Below are positions 45,499 through 54,072 of a stretch of DNA of 64,000 nucleotides, in pieces (position 1 is the stretch's first letter; each line of letters begins with the position of its first letter). Below the pieces are notes generated by a model. The model was not told the origin of the DNA, ran no database searches, and saw only the letters and a list, made by a program, of their open reading frames with translations. Source of the DNA: Chloroflexi bacterium UBA6077 (lineage in GTDB: Bacteria > Chloroflexota > UBA6077); assembly GCA_002436065.1 (NCBI GenBank), contig DIXP01000022.1, positions 63,172 to 127,171 on the forward strand. Reading direction: 5' to 3'. Position numbers and translations under genes: made by a program.

Positions 45499-46683
45499 TC
45501 AGCCGATGACGCCTTCTGCCCTCAGTCGGGCCACCTCCTCCTTCGTATAGCCGAGAAGCCCCTGGAGGACCTCCTCGGTGTGCTCGCCGAGCAGGGGAGG
45601 GGCGCTACGAATATTGGTCCCCGCCTCGGCGAAACGATATGGCATGTCCACAGCCTTCACAGGGCCGGCGATGGGGTGAAGGAACTGCTTCACCATCTCG
45701 CGCGCCAGCACCTGGGGGTCGGTCAGCGCCCTATCCATGCTGTTTACAGGGCCAGCCGGCAGGCCGGCCTCATCGAATATCTGGTCCCATTCCTCTGCTG
45801 TCCTGGTGGCCAGGCATCGTGCGATTAGGGCGTTCACCTCCTCGCGATGATCGACCCTGAGTTGGGTATTCGCGAACCGGGGGTCCGACGCAGCTTCGGG
45901 GGCCCCCAGAACCTCGCAGAACTTGGCCCACTGGCGGTCGTTGACCGTGATGTGGAGGTAGCGGCCATCCCTGGTGGGGTAGTTTGCGCTGGGGACGCGG
46001 GTCGGGTTCTCCGAGCCGAAGAGCGTGGGCACTTCGCCCGCGCACAGGTAGATGGCCGATTGGAAGGTAAGCATGGCCAGGGAGCTATCGAGCATCGCGA
46101 GGTCTATGTACTGCCCTCGACCCGTCATAGCTCGACGATAGAGGCTGGCGGCCACCGAGAAGGCCCCGAAGACCGCCGCCACCACATCGACAATCGCCGC
46201 GCCGCACTTGACCGGCTCGCCATCGCGCGGCCCGGTGATGCTCATCAGCCCCGACATGGCCTGGAGAATGGGGTCGTACGCCTTTCGATCCTTGTACGGC
46301 CCCGTGTCTCCGAAGCCCGTTATCGAACAGTAGACCAGCGAGGGGTTGATGGCGGAGAGGGTGCCGTAATCGACGCCTAGCCGCCGCGGAACCCCGGGCG
46401 CGAAGTTAACCAGCACCACGTCTGCCTTGGCGGCGAGGTCCCGGACTATGCTCTTCGCCCCGGGCGCCTTGAGGTTGATGGTGACGCTACGCTTGCTTCG
46501 GTTCACGGAGAAGAAGTAGCCGCTCTGGCCGTTGACGTAAGGGGCCCACGCCCTGGATTCGTCCCCGACGCCGGGCTCCTCGATCTTGATGACGTCGGCT
46601 CCCAACTCCGCCAGCATCATGGAGCAGTAGGGACCCGCCAGCACCCTGGTGAAATCCAGGACCGTCACCCCTGAGAAAGTCAT
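45499..46683 (-). CDS. family III acyl-CoA transferase, copy B
   Basis: 394 aa. VTVLDFTRVLAGPYCSMMLAELGADVIKIE matches the family. Collinear paralogue of 15233..16414. Confidence 0.85.
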   Translation of the reverse strand: MTFSGVTVLDFTRVLAGPYCSMMLAELGADVIKIEEPGVGDESRAWAPYVNGQSGYFFSVNRSKRSVTINLKAPGAKSIVRDLAAKADVVLVNFAPGVPRRLGVDYGTLSAINPSLVYCSITGFGDTGPYKDRKAYDPILQAMSGLMSITGPRDGEPVKCGAAIVDVVAAVFGAFSVAASLYRRAMTGRGQYIDLAMLDSSLAMLTFQSAIYLCAGEVPTLFGSENPTRVPSANYPTRDGRYLHITVNDRQWAKFCEVLGAPEAASDPRFANTQLRVDHREEVNALIARCLATRTAEEWDQIFDEAGLPAGPVNSMDRALTDPQVLAREMVKQFLHPIAGPVKAVDMPYRFAEAGTNIRSAPPLLGEHTEEVLQGLLGYTKEEVARLRAEGVIG

Positions 46684-46719
46684 TGCCTCCCCACCTCCCG
46701 ATCAGTGAGACTAGTTTGA

Positions 46720-47514
46720 CTAGCGTCCCTTCCAAACCGGCGCCCGCTTCTCCCCGAACGCGGCGATCCCCTCGACGGCGTCCTCAGTGGCCTCCAGCTT
46801 GTGGAACATCATCTCGGCCAGGTTGTACGCTTCGTCCGGCCGCATCTGCAGGGTTCGGAGGGTCGCCTCCTTCATCGCTCGGACGGCCAGGGGGGCGTTG
46901 GCGAGTATTCTGTTGGCGTAGTCCATCGCGGCGGGCATCACCTGGTCGTCGGGGACTATCTTGTTCAGCATTTGGAGATCCATAGCCTGCTGCGCCGTGA
47001 GCGAGTCGCCCAGCAGGAGCACCTCGAATGCCTTATTCAAGGGGACGGCTCTGGCCAGCATCGTCGGACCGCTGATGGAGGATATCCCGCGCTTCACCTG
47101 TGGCCAGCCGAAGGTAGCCTTCTCGCTCGCTACCCTGATGTCGCAGGTGAGGGCTATGCCGCACCCCTGGGCCAGGCAGAAGCCGTTGATGGCCGAGATC
47201 ATCGGCTTGTAGATGGTGGTTAGAAGCCGGTAGAGGTCCTGATGACTCGGCCCTCCAGGGGTCTTATCCAGCAGGTCATGGCCGGCGCTGAAGGCCACGC
47301 CGCGGCCGGTGATGATGGTCATCCAGATGTCCGGATTGGTCTTGACCTCGGTCAGCGCGTCGTAGAGGGCGCCACGCAGGGCGGCGTTGAGGGCGTTGCG
47401 CTTCTGAGGGCGGTTCAGAGTGATGACGGCCAGGTGACCCTCGGTCTCATACAGTAGGACCTTCTCCTCGCTTGTTGCCGCGGTGTTAGGGTTGCTCATT
47501 GGAGCCTCCTGCAT
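46720..47514 (-). CDS. enoyl-CoA hydratase/isomerase, copy B1
   Basis: 264 aa. ITLNRPQKRNALN, ITGRGVAFSAGHDL and AINGFCLAQGCGIAL match the family. Paralogue of 16614..17408. Confidence 0.85.
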   Translation of the reverse strand: MQEAPMSNPNTAATSEEKVLLYETEGHLAVITLNRPQKRNALNAALRGALYDALTEVKTNPDIWMTIITGRGVAFSAGHDLLDKTPGGPSHQDLYRLLTTIYKPMISAINGFCLAQGCGIALTCDIRVASEKATFGWPQVKRGISSISGPTMLARAVPLNKAFEVLLLGDSLTAQQAMDLQMLNKIVPDDQVMPAAMDYANRILANAPLAVRAMKEATLRTLQMRPDEAYNLAEMMFHKLEATEDAVEGIAAFGEKRAPVWKGR

Positions 47515-47679
47515 CTAATACTATTTGGCTTTGGTATGTCTTAGGCTGGTCCTTCCGCCAAATCTATATCGCTTTCCGAGGTAGTGAGCCCGATCACTTC
47601 AGTGTCGGGCTCATGCCCATGGCGAAGCTGCTACGGAATTGGTGGACAGACCAGTTAGGCCGGTTCTGTGGATCGCTGC

Positions 47680-48528
47680 TCAGTATTCGTAGAACCCCCT
47701 GCTGCTTTTCCTGCCCAACCAGCCAGCGGCCACCATCTTGACCAGCAGGGGGCAGGGGCGGTACTTGCCGTCACCGGTGCCCTGCTGGAGCACCCGCATG
47801 ATGTCCAGGCACACGTCCAGGCCGATCAGGTCGGCCAGTTCCAGAGGGCCCATCGGGTGGTTGGATCCCAGCTTCATCACGGTGTCGATGGACTCCCGGG
47901 AGGCCACGCCCTCCATGAGGGTGTAGGCGGCTTCGTTGATCATCGGGATCAGCAACCGGTTGCAGACGAAGCCCGGGTAGTCCTCCACCACCACGGCGGT
48001 CTTTCCCATCGCCTGGGCCAGGGCCAGCACCTCGTGCTTGGTTTCGTCACCCGTTGCCACCCCGCTGATCACCTCGACCAGCTTCATCACGGGGACCGGG
48101 TTGAAGAAGTGCATGCCAATGACCTTCCCCGGACGCCGTGTGCAGGCGCCTAACCGGGTGATGGATATGGAGGAGGTGTTGGAGGCTAGGATCGCCGACG
48201 GCTGGCAGATCTCATCCAGCGTCCGGATCAACTCGGCCTTGGCCTCGTACTTTTCGATGATGGCCTCCACCACCAGGTCAACGCCCGCGACGTCCTCCAT
48301 GGCCGTCGAAGGAGTGAGGCGAGCAAGGGTATCCGCGCGGACAGCCTCGTTTATCCGGCCCTTCTCCACGGACCTGTCCAGGTTGCGGCGGATCGTCTTC
48401 ATTCCGGCTTCCAGCGGGCCAGGCGCCACCTCCACCACCCGCACCTCGTAGCCTGACTGGGCTGCTACCAGGGCGATGCCCGACCCCATGGTCCCGGCCC
48501 CAATGACGCCGATCTTGGCTACTGCCAT
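47680..48528 (-). CDS. hbd: 3-hydroxybutyryl-CoA (3-hydroxyacyl-CoA) dehydrogenase
   Basis: 282 aa. KIGVIGAGTMGSGIA Rossmann motif, NTSSISIT, HFFNPVPVMKLVE and GPLELADLIGLD are present. Confidence 0.9.
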   Translation of the reverse strand: MAVAKIGVIGAGTMGSGIALVAAQSGYEVRVVEVAPGPLEAGMKTIRRNLDRSVEKGRINEAVRADTLARLTPSTAMEDVAGVDLVVEAIIEKYEAKAELIRTLDEICQPSAILASNTSSISITRLGACTRRPGKVIGMHFFNPVPVMKLVEVISGVATGDETKHEVLALAQAMGKTAVVVEDYPGFVCNRLLIPMINEAAYTLMEGVASRESIDTVMKLGSNHPMGPLELADLIGLDVCLDIMRVLQQGTGDGKYRPCPLLVKMVAAGWLGRKSSRGFYEY

Positions 48529-48580
48529 GTGGACTCCATACCTCCCCTCTCATTGGTTGCTTGGTCAGACGGAAAGCGTG

Positions 48581-49366
48581 CTACCTGCCCTGGAACTCGG
48601 GCTGTCGTTTCTCGATGAAGGCGGCCATACCTGCCTTCTGGTCCAAGGTGGAGAAACAGAGCCCGAAGAGGTCCATCTCCACCTCGCAGGCCGCATCCGT
48701 ATCCAGATACACCGACTTATTCATCGAGCGCTTGGCACCCGAGACGGCGAATGGACCCTGGGAGGCGATGCTGTTGGCCACCTTCATCGCCTCCTCGGCC
48801 AGCCCGTCCGCCGGCACCACAGCGTTCACCAACCCCACCCGCAGAGCCTCCTCCGGGTAGAGACGCTTGCCCGTGAAGATCATCTCTCGCGCGACTCCCT
48901 GGCCCACGATGCGAGCGAGCCGCACCGTCGCTCCCCAACCGGGGAGGATCCCCAATCCCACCTCGGGCTGGCCGAAGCGCGCCTTGTCGCTGGAGATCCG
49001 GATGTCGCAGGCGCAGGCGATCTCGCACCCGCCTCCCAAGGCGACCCCGTTGATGGCAGCGATCACCGGCTTCTGGAGATCCTCGATGGTTTTGCACAGC
49101 AGGTGGCCCTTCCCCGCGAAGCTCCTGGCCTCATGGGGAGCCTTATTGATCATCTCCTTGATGTCGGCCCCAGCGATGAAGGCTCGCTCCCCGGTACCGG
49201 TGATGATCACCGCCCGTACCTCGGCGTCGCTTCCCGCGGCGGAGAACGCCGCGATCAGTTCATCGAGGATCTGTGAGTTGAGGGCGTTGAATGCTTCGGG
49301 GCGGTCGATGGTGATTCGGAGGACATGCTCGATCTTCTCTACCTTGACTACATTGCCCAGGGACAT
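48581..49366 (-). CDS. crt: short-chain enoyl-CoA hydratase (crotonase), copy B2
   Basis: 261 aa. ITIDRPEAFNALN, ITGTGERAFIAGADI and AINGVALGGGCEIACACD match the family. Paralogue of 17513..18304. Confidence 0.85.
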   Translation of the reverse strand: MSLGNVVKVEKIEHVLRITIDRPEAFNALNSQILDELIAAFSAAGSDAEVRAVIITGTGERAFIAGADIKEMINKAPHEARSFAGKGHLLCKTIEDLQKPVIAAINGVALGGGCEIACACDIRISSDKARFGQPEVGLGILPGWGATVRLARIVGQGVAREMIFTGKRLYPEEALRVGLVNAVVPADGLAEEAMKVANSIASQGPFAVSGAKRSMNKSVYLDTDAACEVEMDLFGLCFSTLDQKAGMAAFIEKRQPEFQGR

Positions 49367-49436
49367 CGTGTACCTCCTGCTTTTGGCGCCAGGGCCAGCA
49401 GCCCTGGCTACTGTTGATATTGATGCCCGGAAAGGG

Positions 49437-50624
49437 TTAGCGCCGGAAGTTCTCTACGATCATGGCCAAGCCCTGGCCCCCACCTACACAGAGGGAGGCA
49501 AGCCCGATCTTCACCCTTCGGCGAGCCATCTCGTGAAGTAGGGTCACCAGGATTCGAGCTCCGCTTGCCCCGATCGGGTGGCCGAGGGCGATCGCCCCGC
49601 CATTCACGTTTACGATGGACTGGTCCAATCCCAGTTGGCGGAGTACGGCCACCGACTGGGCGGCGAACGCCTCGTTAAGCTCCACCAGCTCTATCTGCTC
49701 CAGACTGAGGCCGGTCTTCTCCAGGACCTTGCGAACCGCCGGCACCGGGCCCATGCCCATCACACGCGGCTCGACCCCTGCCCAGCCGTATCCGACGATG
49801 CGAGCCATTGGCTCGATGCCCATCGCCTCGGCGGTCTTCGAGGACATCACCACCATGGCCGCCGCTCCGTCGTTGACCCCTGAGGAGTTTCCGGCGGTGA
49901 CGGTACCGTCCTTCTTGAAGGCGGGTTTCAGCTTCGAAAGCTTCTCGGCGGTGGTCCCAGGACGTGGGTGCTCGTCCCGGTCCACCACCAGGGGATCTCC
50001 CTTGGCCTGGGGTGCCTGTACGGGGACGATCTCGCCCTTGAACAGCCCCTGCTCGATGGCCCTGGCGGCTTTAGCCTGGCTCTCCGCGGCGAACCGATCC
50101 TGCTCCTCCCGGGATATCCCCATCTCCGAGGCCACGTTCTCCGCTGTTATCCCCATGTGGTACCCCTCTATGGAGCAGCTCAGGCCCTCGTCGATCATGC
50201 TGTCCACCAACTCCGCGTGGCCCATTCGGTAGCCGAACCGCGCCCGGCGAAGGACATAAGGCGAACCCGACATGCTCTCCGCGCCGCCCGCCACCACGAC
50301 GCGGGCATCCCCCAGCGCCACCTGCTGGGCGGCCAGCGCCACAGCCCTCAGTCCAGACCCGCACACCTGGTTGATGATCATGGCCGTGGCGCCGGCGGGT
50401 ATGCCCGCTCGGATGGCCGCCTGGCGGGCAACGTTCATTCCTGCCCCGCCCTGCAGGACGTTGCCGAGGATCACCTCGTCCACCACGTCCGGAGCGACCC
50501 TGGCTCTCGCCATAGCCTCCGAAATCGCCGCGGTCCCGAGCTGCGGCGCGGAGAGGTCCTTGAGGCTCCCCGCGAGGGTTCCTACTGGCGTGCGCACGCC
50601 CCCTGCGATCACGACATCCAGCAA
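49437..50624 (-). CDS. acetyl-CoA C-acetyltransferase (thiolase II), copy B
   Basis: ORF 49437..50633. The GTG at 50633 overlaps the GGAGG box, so a TTG at 50624 (8 nt after GGAGG) gives (M)[43 protein letters not shown] and CVGGGQG are present. Confidence 0.9.
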   Translation of the reverse strand: MLDVVIAGGVRTPVGTLAGSLKDLSAPQLGTAAISEAMARARVAPDVVDEVILGNVLQGGAGMNVARQAAIRAGIPAGATAMIINQVCGSGLRAVALAAQQVALGDARVVVAGGAESMSGSPYVLRRARFGYRMGHAELVDSMIDEGLSCSIEGYHMGITAENVASEMGISREEQDRFAAESQAKAARAIEQGLFKGEIVPVQAPQAKGDPLVVDRDEHPRPGTTAEKLSKLKPAFKKDGTVTAGNSSGVNDGAAAMVVMSSKTAEAMGIEPMARIVGYGWAGVEPRVMGMGPVPAVRKVLEKTGLSLEQIELVELNEAFAAQSVAVLRQLGLDQSIVNVNGGAIALGHPIGASGARILVTLLHEMARRRVKIGLASLCVGGGQGLAMIVENFRR

Positions 50625-50694
50625 CGCAAACACCTCCGCCCTTCCATGAAGTATTCAACCGTTTTGACGGTAATGACCACCAGACTACTACAGT

Positions 50695-50724
50695 AATATA
50701 TTAACGATGTAGCAGGAACATCAA
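50695..50724 (-). promoter_or_regulatory. candidate promoter TTGATG-N18-TATATT overlapping the palindrome TAATATATTA
   Basis: On the minus strand the -10 is the reverse complement of 50695-50700 and the -35 is the reverse complement of 50719-50724. The AT-rich 10-bp palindrome is at 50694-50703, about 70 nt upstream of the thiolase-B start. Confidence 0.4.
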
Positions 50725-50908
50725 AACACAGGCCGCGGCTGCTGTCAAGGGGATCTCGGGGCAAATAGCCTCGAAAGTGCGGGGAGTGCTGCTTGACGGG
50801 CGAAGGAATCCTCCCCATACTACCGATCAGACACGTGAACTCTTTACGATATGCGGACCTGCTCGCTTGCGATTGATCTCCCAGGAGGCTCGATGCTTGT
50901 TTATGTGC

Positions 50909-50920
50909 CGATAGCTATCG
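50909..50920. promoter_or_regulatory. perfect 12-bp palindrome CGATAGCTATCG upstream of nrpR-like copy 2
   Basis: Lies about 64 nt upstream of the ATG at 50984 in the divergent intergenic region. Confidence 0.3.
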
Positions 50921-50983
50921 TAGAATCGCTGGACATGGAGTGGTGGCGATGGAAGCTCACTCCCAAAGTGGTAGGTGGACTTG

Positions 50984-52030
50984 ATGGCAGAAACCGTTGT
51001 AGACAACGACACGCGTCTGGAGATACTGCGGCTCGTGTCTGAGATTGATAGTCCCATCGGCGCCGACTCACTTGCGGTCAAGCTGGAGGACCGGGGCATA
51101 AATCTCACCCCCGATGCCGTTCGATATCACTTGAGGATGCTGGACCAACAGAAGCTGACCTATCGGATCGGCAAGAGGGGGAGGATGGTTACTCCTGAGG
51201 GATGGAGGGAACTGAGGCGTTCCAGGGTGGACACTCGCATCGGGTGGGGCCTCGCCCGTCAGGAAACCATGGCCCAGCAGGTGACCTTCGATCCCTACAG
51301 CCGACGGGGACAGGTGGCAGCTTCACTCACCATCTTCCCGATCGAGGAGCAGGAGGGGGTGCTCCGCCATGTCGCGAGGGTGGCCCGTGCCGGGCTCTGT
51401 CTGAGCGAGCGGATGGCTCTAGCGAACAGCGGCGACAGGGTCGGCTCGGTAACGATACCGCCAGGTAAGGCCGGGATCATCACCGTGAGCACCTCGACCA
51501 TCACCGGCATCCTCGTGTCGCAGGGTTTCCTGGTGAGCACCACCTACGCGGGGATCGCGGAGATCGCCGACTGGCGGCCCTATCGCTTCGTGGATGTGCT
51601 TCGATATGGCCAGGGTTCCATGGACTCGGTGGAGAACCTCATCCGGCCGGGAAGCACCCGGGTGGGCCATACAGCCGAGCGGGGCAGGGGGTTGGTGATC
51701 GCGGATGTCCGCGAGCTGGTGGGCGTGGCGCGGGAGCGTGCTCGCGATCTGCTGAAGCAGTTGAGGGGTTGCGGCATCGGCGGGGTATTGATGGTTGGAC
51801 AGGTTGGGCAACCGGTGCTGGGGGTCCCGGTCAGGGACCACACCTTCGGCGTGGCCAGCCTAGCCGGAGTGAACGCCACGCTCGCCGCCTACGAGTTGAA
51901 TGTAGCCACCGATTTTCACCTGGTGAACTGTCTCGTGGATTACTCTTCTCTTCTCCCCGCGGAGCACTTACTCCCAGAGGCCGAGGTGAGATCGTGGGAG
52001 AGCGCCGGCTCGCTGGTGATGTGGGAGTAG
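50984..52030 (+). CDS. NrpR-like transcriptional regulator (wHTH + DUF128), copy 2
   Basis: ORF 50975..52030. DNDTRLEILRLVSEIDSPIGADSLAVKLEDRGINLTPDAVRYHLRMLDQQKLTYRIGKRGRMVTPEGWREL matches the family. Collinear paralogue of 28266..29390. ATG at 50984 follows AGGTGGA. Confidence 0.75.
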   Translation: MAETVVDNDTRLEILRLVSEIDSPIGADSLAVKLEDRGINLTPDAVRYHLRMLDQQKLTYRIGKRGRMVTPEGWRELRRSRVDTRIGWGLARQETMAQQVTFDPYSRRGQVAASLTIFPIEEQEGVLRHVARVARAGLCLSERMALANSGDRVGSVTIPPGKAGIITVSTSTITGILVSQGFLVSTTYAGIAEIADWRPYRFVDVLRYGQGSMDSVENLIRPGSTRVGHTAERGRGLVIADVRELVGVARERARDLLKQLRGCGIGGVLMVGQVGQPVLGVPVRDHTFGVASLAGVNATLAAYELNVATDFHLVNCLVDYSSLLPAEHLLPEAEVRSWESAGSLVMWE

Positions 52031-52075
52031 AGGCTGGGCGCGTGCTATCATTGATGGCAGTTCAGCAGGGGGTAT

Positions 52076-53182
52076 TTGTTGGTGCAGACTGCCATTATCG
52101 GCCTGCCTAAGGCGGGCAAGACCACCGTGTTCAACGCCCTCACCGGAGCACGGGCCAAGACAGGTGCCTACAGCGTGGCCACCGAGGCCAACATCGCCGT
52201 GGTGCAGGTTCCCGACCGTCGTCTGGGGGAGTTGGCCGCGATCTTCCATCCTCAGAAGGTGGTGCATGCCGTCGTCGAGTACGTCGACGCGGGCGGCGTC
52301 GTTAAGGGGGGAGCGAAGAGCGAGGGGATAAGCGGGCAGCTGCTCAACCAGATCAGCAAGGCCGACGCCCTGTTGGAGGTGGTACGGGTCTTCGAGGACG
52401 AGGCTCTTCTCCATCCCGAGGGGTCGGTGGATCCAGCCAGGGATGTGGCCACCATGGACCTGGAGCTAGCCTTCTCCGACCTGGCTATCATAGAGCGCCG
52501 GTTGGAGCGTTTGAAGGATGCGGTCCACAAGCTGAAGCCCCAGGAGCGGGAGGCCGGCGAGCGAGAGAGGGAGCTGCTCACCCGCATCAAGGGCGAGCTG
52601 GAGAAGGAGATCCCCATCCGTGCCCAGCAGCTCACCGACGAGGAGAAGCTGGCGATCCGGGCCTTCCAGTTCCTGAGTGAGAAGCCGCTGCTGATCGTGC
52701 TCAACCTGAGTGAGGACCAGATGGGTCGTGCCGCGGAGATCCAGGCCGAGGTTAGCAGGGGCTACAGCGTGCCCCACACCGCATTCACCACGCTGTGCGG
52801 CCAGGTGGAGGCGGAGGTGGCCGAACTGGATCCGCAGGAGAAGCAGCAGTTCCTGGAGGCAATGGGGATCGAGGAGTCTGGGATCCACAGGGTTATCGGT
52901 CTCACCTACCAACTGCTGGACTACGTCTCCTTCCTGACGGTGGGGGAGGACGAGGTGAGGGCCTGGACGGTGCGTCGGAACACCCCCGCCCAGAAGGCGG
53001 CAGGGACCATTCACTCGGACCTGGAGCGGGGCTTCATCCGGGCCGAGGTGGTCAAGTACGCTGACCTGATGTCCGTCGGCGGCAGTATGGCCGAGGCTCG
53101 CAAGCGGGGCTTCCTCCGCCTGGAGGGCAAGCTCTACCCAGTCCAGGACGGCGACATCATGAACATCCTCTTCAACGTGTAG
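52076..53182 (+). CDS. ychF: redox-regulated ATPase YchF (Obg-family)
   Basis: 368 aa. IIGLPKAGKTTVFNALTG (G1) is present, and the C-terminal TGS-like AGTIHSDLERGFIRAEV...GKLYPVQDGDIMNILFNV is diagnostic. TTG start. Confidence 0.9.
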   Translation: MLVQTAIIGLPKAGKTTVFNALTGARAKTGAYSVATEANIAVVQVPDRRLGELAAIFHPQKVVHAVVEYVDAGGVVKGGAKSEGISGQLLNQISKADALLEVVRVFEDEALLHPEGSVDPARDVATMDLELAFSDLAIIERRLERLKDAVHKLKPQEREAGERERELLTRIKGELEKEIPIRAQQLTDEEKLAIRAFQFLSEKPLLIVLNLSEDQMGRAAEIQAEVSRGYSVPHTAFTTLCGQVEAEVAELDPQEKQQFLEAMGIEESGIHRVIGLTYQLLDYVSFLTVGEDEVRAWTVRRNTPAQKAAGTIHSDLERGFIRAEVVKYADLMSVGGSMAEARKRGFLRLEGKLYPVQDGDIMNILFNV

Positions 53183-53191
53183 CACTATTCC

Positions 53192-53225
53192 CCCTCTCCC
53201 CCTGGGAGAGGGCCGGGGTGAGGGC
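53192..53225. repeat. REP-like hairpin CCCTCTCCC-cct-GGGAGAGGG plus CCGGGGTGAGGGC tail
   Basis: Begins 10 nt after the ychF stop. Same family as 1-45 and 2011-2036. Confidence 0.6.
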
Positions 53226-53233
53226 AAACTTCC

Positions 53234-53602
53234 ATGAAGAAGATCAAGATCACGGCCGGCGACGTAACGGCCGCGGCTATCCTCAACGACACGAAGACGG
53301 CCGAGGCCATATGGGCTGCCCTGCCCATTCAGGCGAGGGGCAGCAGCTGGGGCGACGAGATCTACTTCTCCATACCGGTGAAGCTGGAGACGGAGAGAGG
53401 CCAGGAGGTGGTGGAGTTGGGCGACCTCGGTTACTGGGCGCCGGGCAGCGCCTTCTGCATCTTCTTCGGTTCGACCCCTGCTAGCCGGGGCAGTGAGATC
53501 CGCCCAGCCAGTGAGGTCACCGTCTTCGGCAAGGTGGAGGGTACCCCCAAGCTGTTCAAGAAGGTGCCCTCCGGGGCCAAGGTGGTGCTGGAGCGGGCTT
53601 AG
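53234..53602 (+). CDS. cyclophilin-like superfamily small protein (DUF3830-like)
   Basis: 122 aa. MKKIKITAGDVTAAAILNDTKTAEAIWAALP...WGDEIYF...GDLGYWAPGSAFCIFFG matches the pattern of cyclophilin-like-fold proteins of unknown function. Confidence 0.55.
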   Translation: MKKIKITAGDVTAAAILNDTKTAEAIWAALPIQARGSSWGDEIYFSIPVKLETERGQEVVELGDLGYWAPGSAFCIFFGSTPASRGSEIRPASEVTVFGKVEGTPKLFKKVPSGAKVVLERA

Positions 53603-53629
53603 CATTCCAGGACGGCTTCTGCCGTTCCG

Positions 53630-53745
53630 GTCACTCTGAGGCGCCTGCCGCACCTGTCATCCTGAGGCGCCGCAGCCTGCTCAGAATGACAAATTGGGGG
53701 CGGCCTGCTCAGGGTGACAAGGAACAGTGGTCACTCCGAATGGCA
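53630..53745. repeat. second cluster of GTCAYYCTGAG / CTCAGRRTGAC repeat units
   Basis: Units are gtcactctgaggcgcc (53630-), gtcatcctgaggcgccgcagcctgctcagaatgac (53656-53690), ggcctgctcagggtgac (53702-53718) and gtcactccgaatggc (53730-). Same family as 3163-3400. Confidence 0.75.
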
Positions 53746-53760
53746 ATGGAAGCTGCAGCG

Positions 53761-54054
53761 CTAGTCGATTTCCACCTTCGTGGCCCTGCGCTGGGGCTTC
53801 TCTTCCGTCTCGGTGCGGGCGATGGCCGTGTCCAGCAAGCTCCGGAGCGCCAGCAGCTGCTCCCGGCGCGCTGCCTTCATGTGTTGCCTGAAGTCGCGCG
53901 GCAGGATGCTCCCTACCTTGCAGGCGACTTTGTCCGGTCTGTTCTCCCGTAACCATGAGACCAACTCGGCGGGTCCCTCGAGACTGATCTTTATCGTGAG
54001 GCTTCGGTCCTCGTCGTCCTCTAGCCTCACCTCCTTGGCTTCATGCTCGGCCAT
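53761..54054 (-). CDS. hypothetical acidic 97-aa protein co-directional with the ArsA-like ATPase
   Basis: ORF begins 18 nt downstream of the arsA-like gene. I recognise no family. Confidence 0.4.
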   Translation of the reverse strand: MAEHEAKEVRLEDDEDRSLTIKISLEGPAELVSWLRENRPDKVACKVGSILPRDFRQHMKAARREQLLALRSLLDTAIARTETEEKPQRRATKVEID

Positions 54055-54072
54055 CGGTATGCCTCCTCATCA

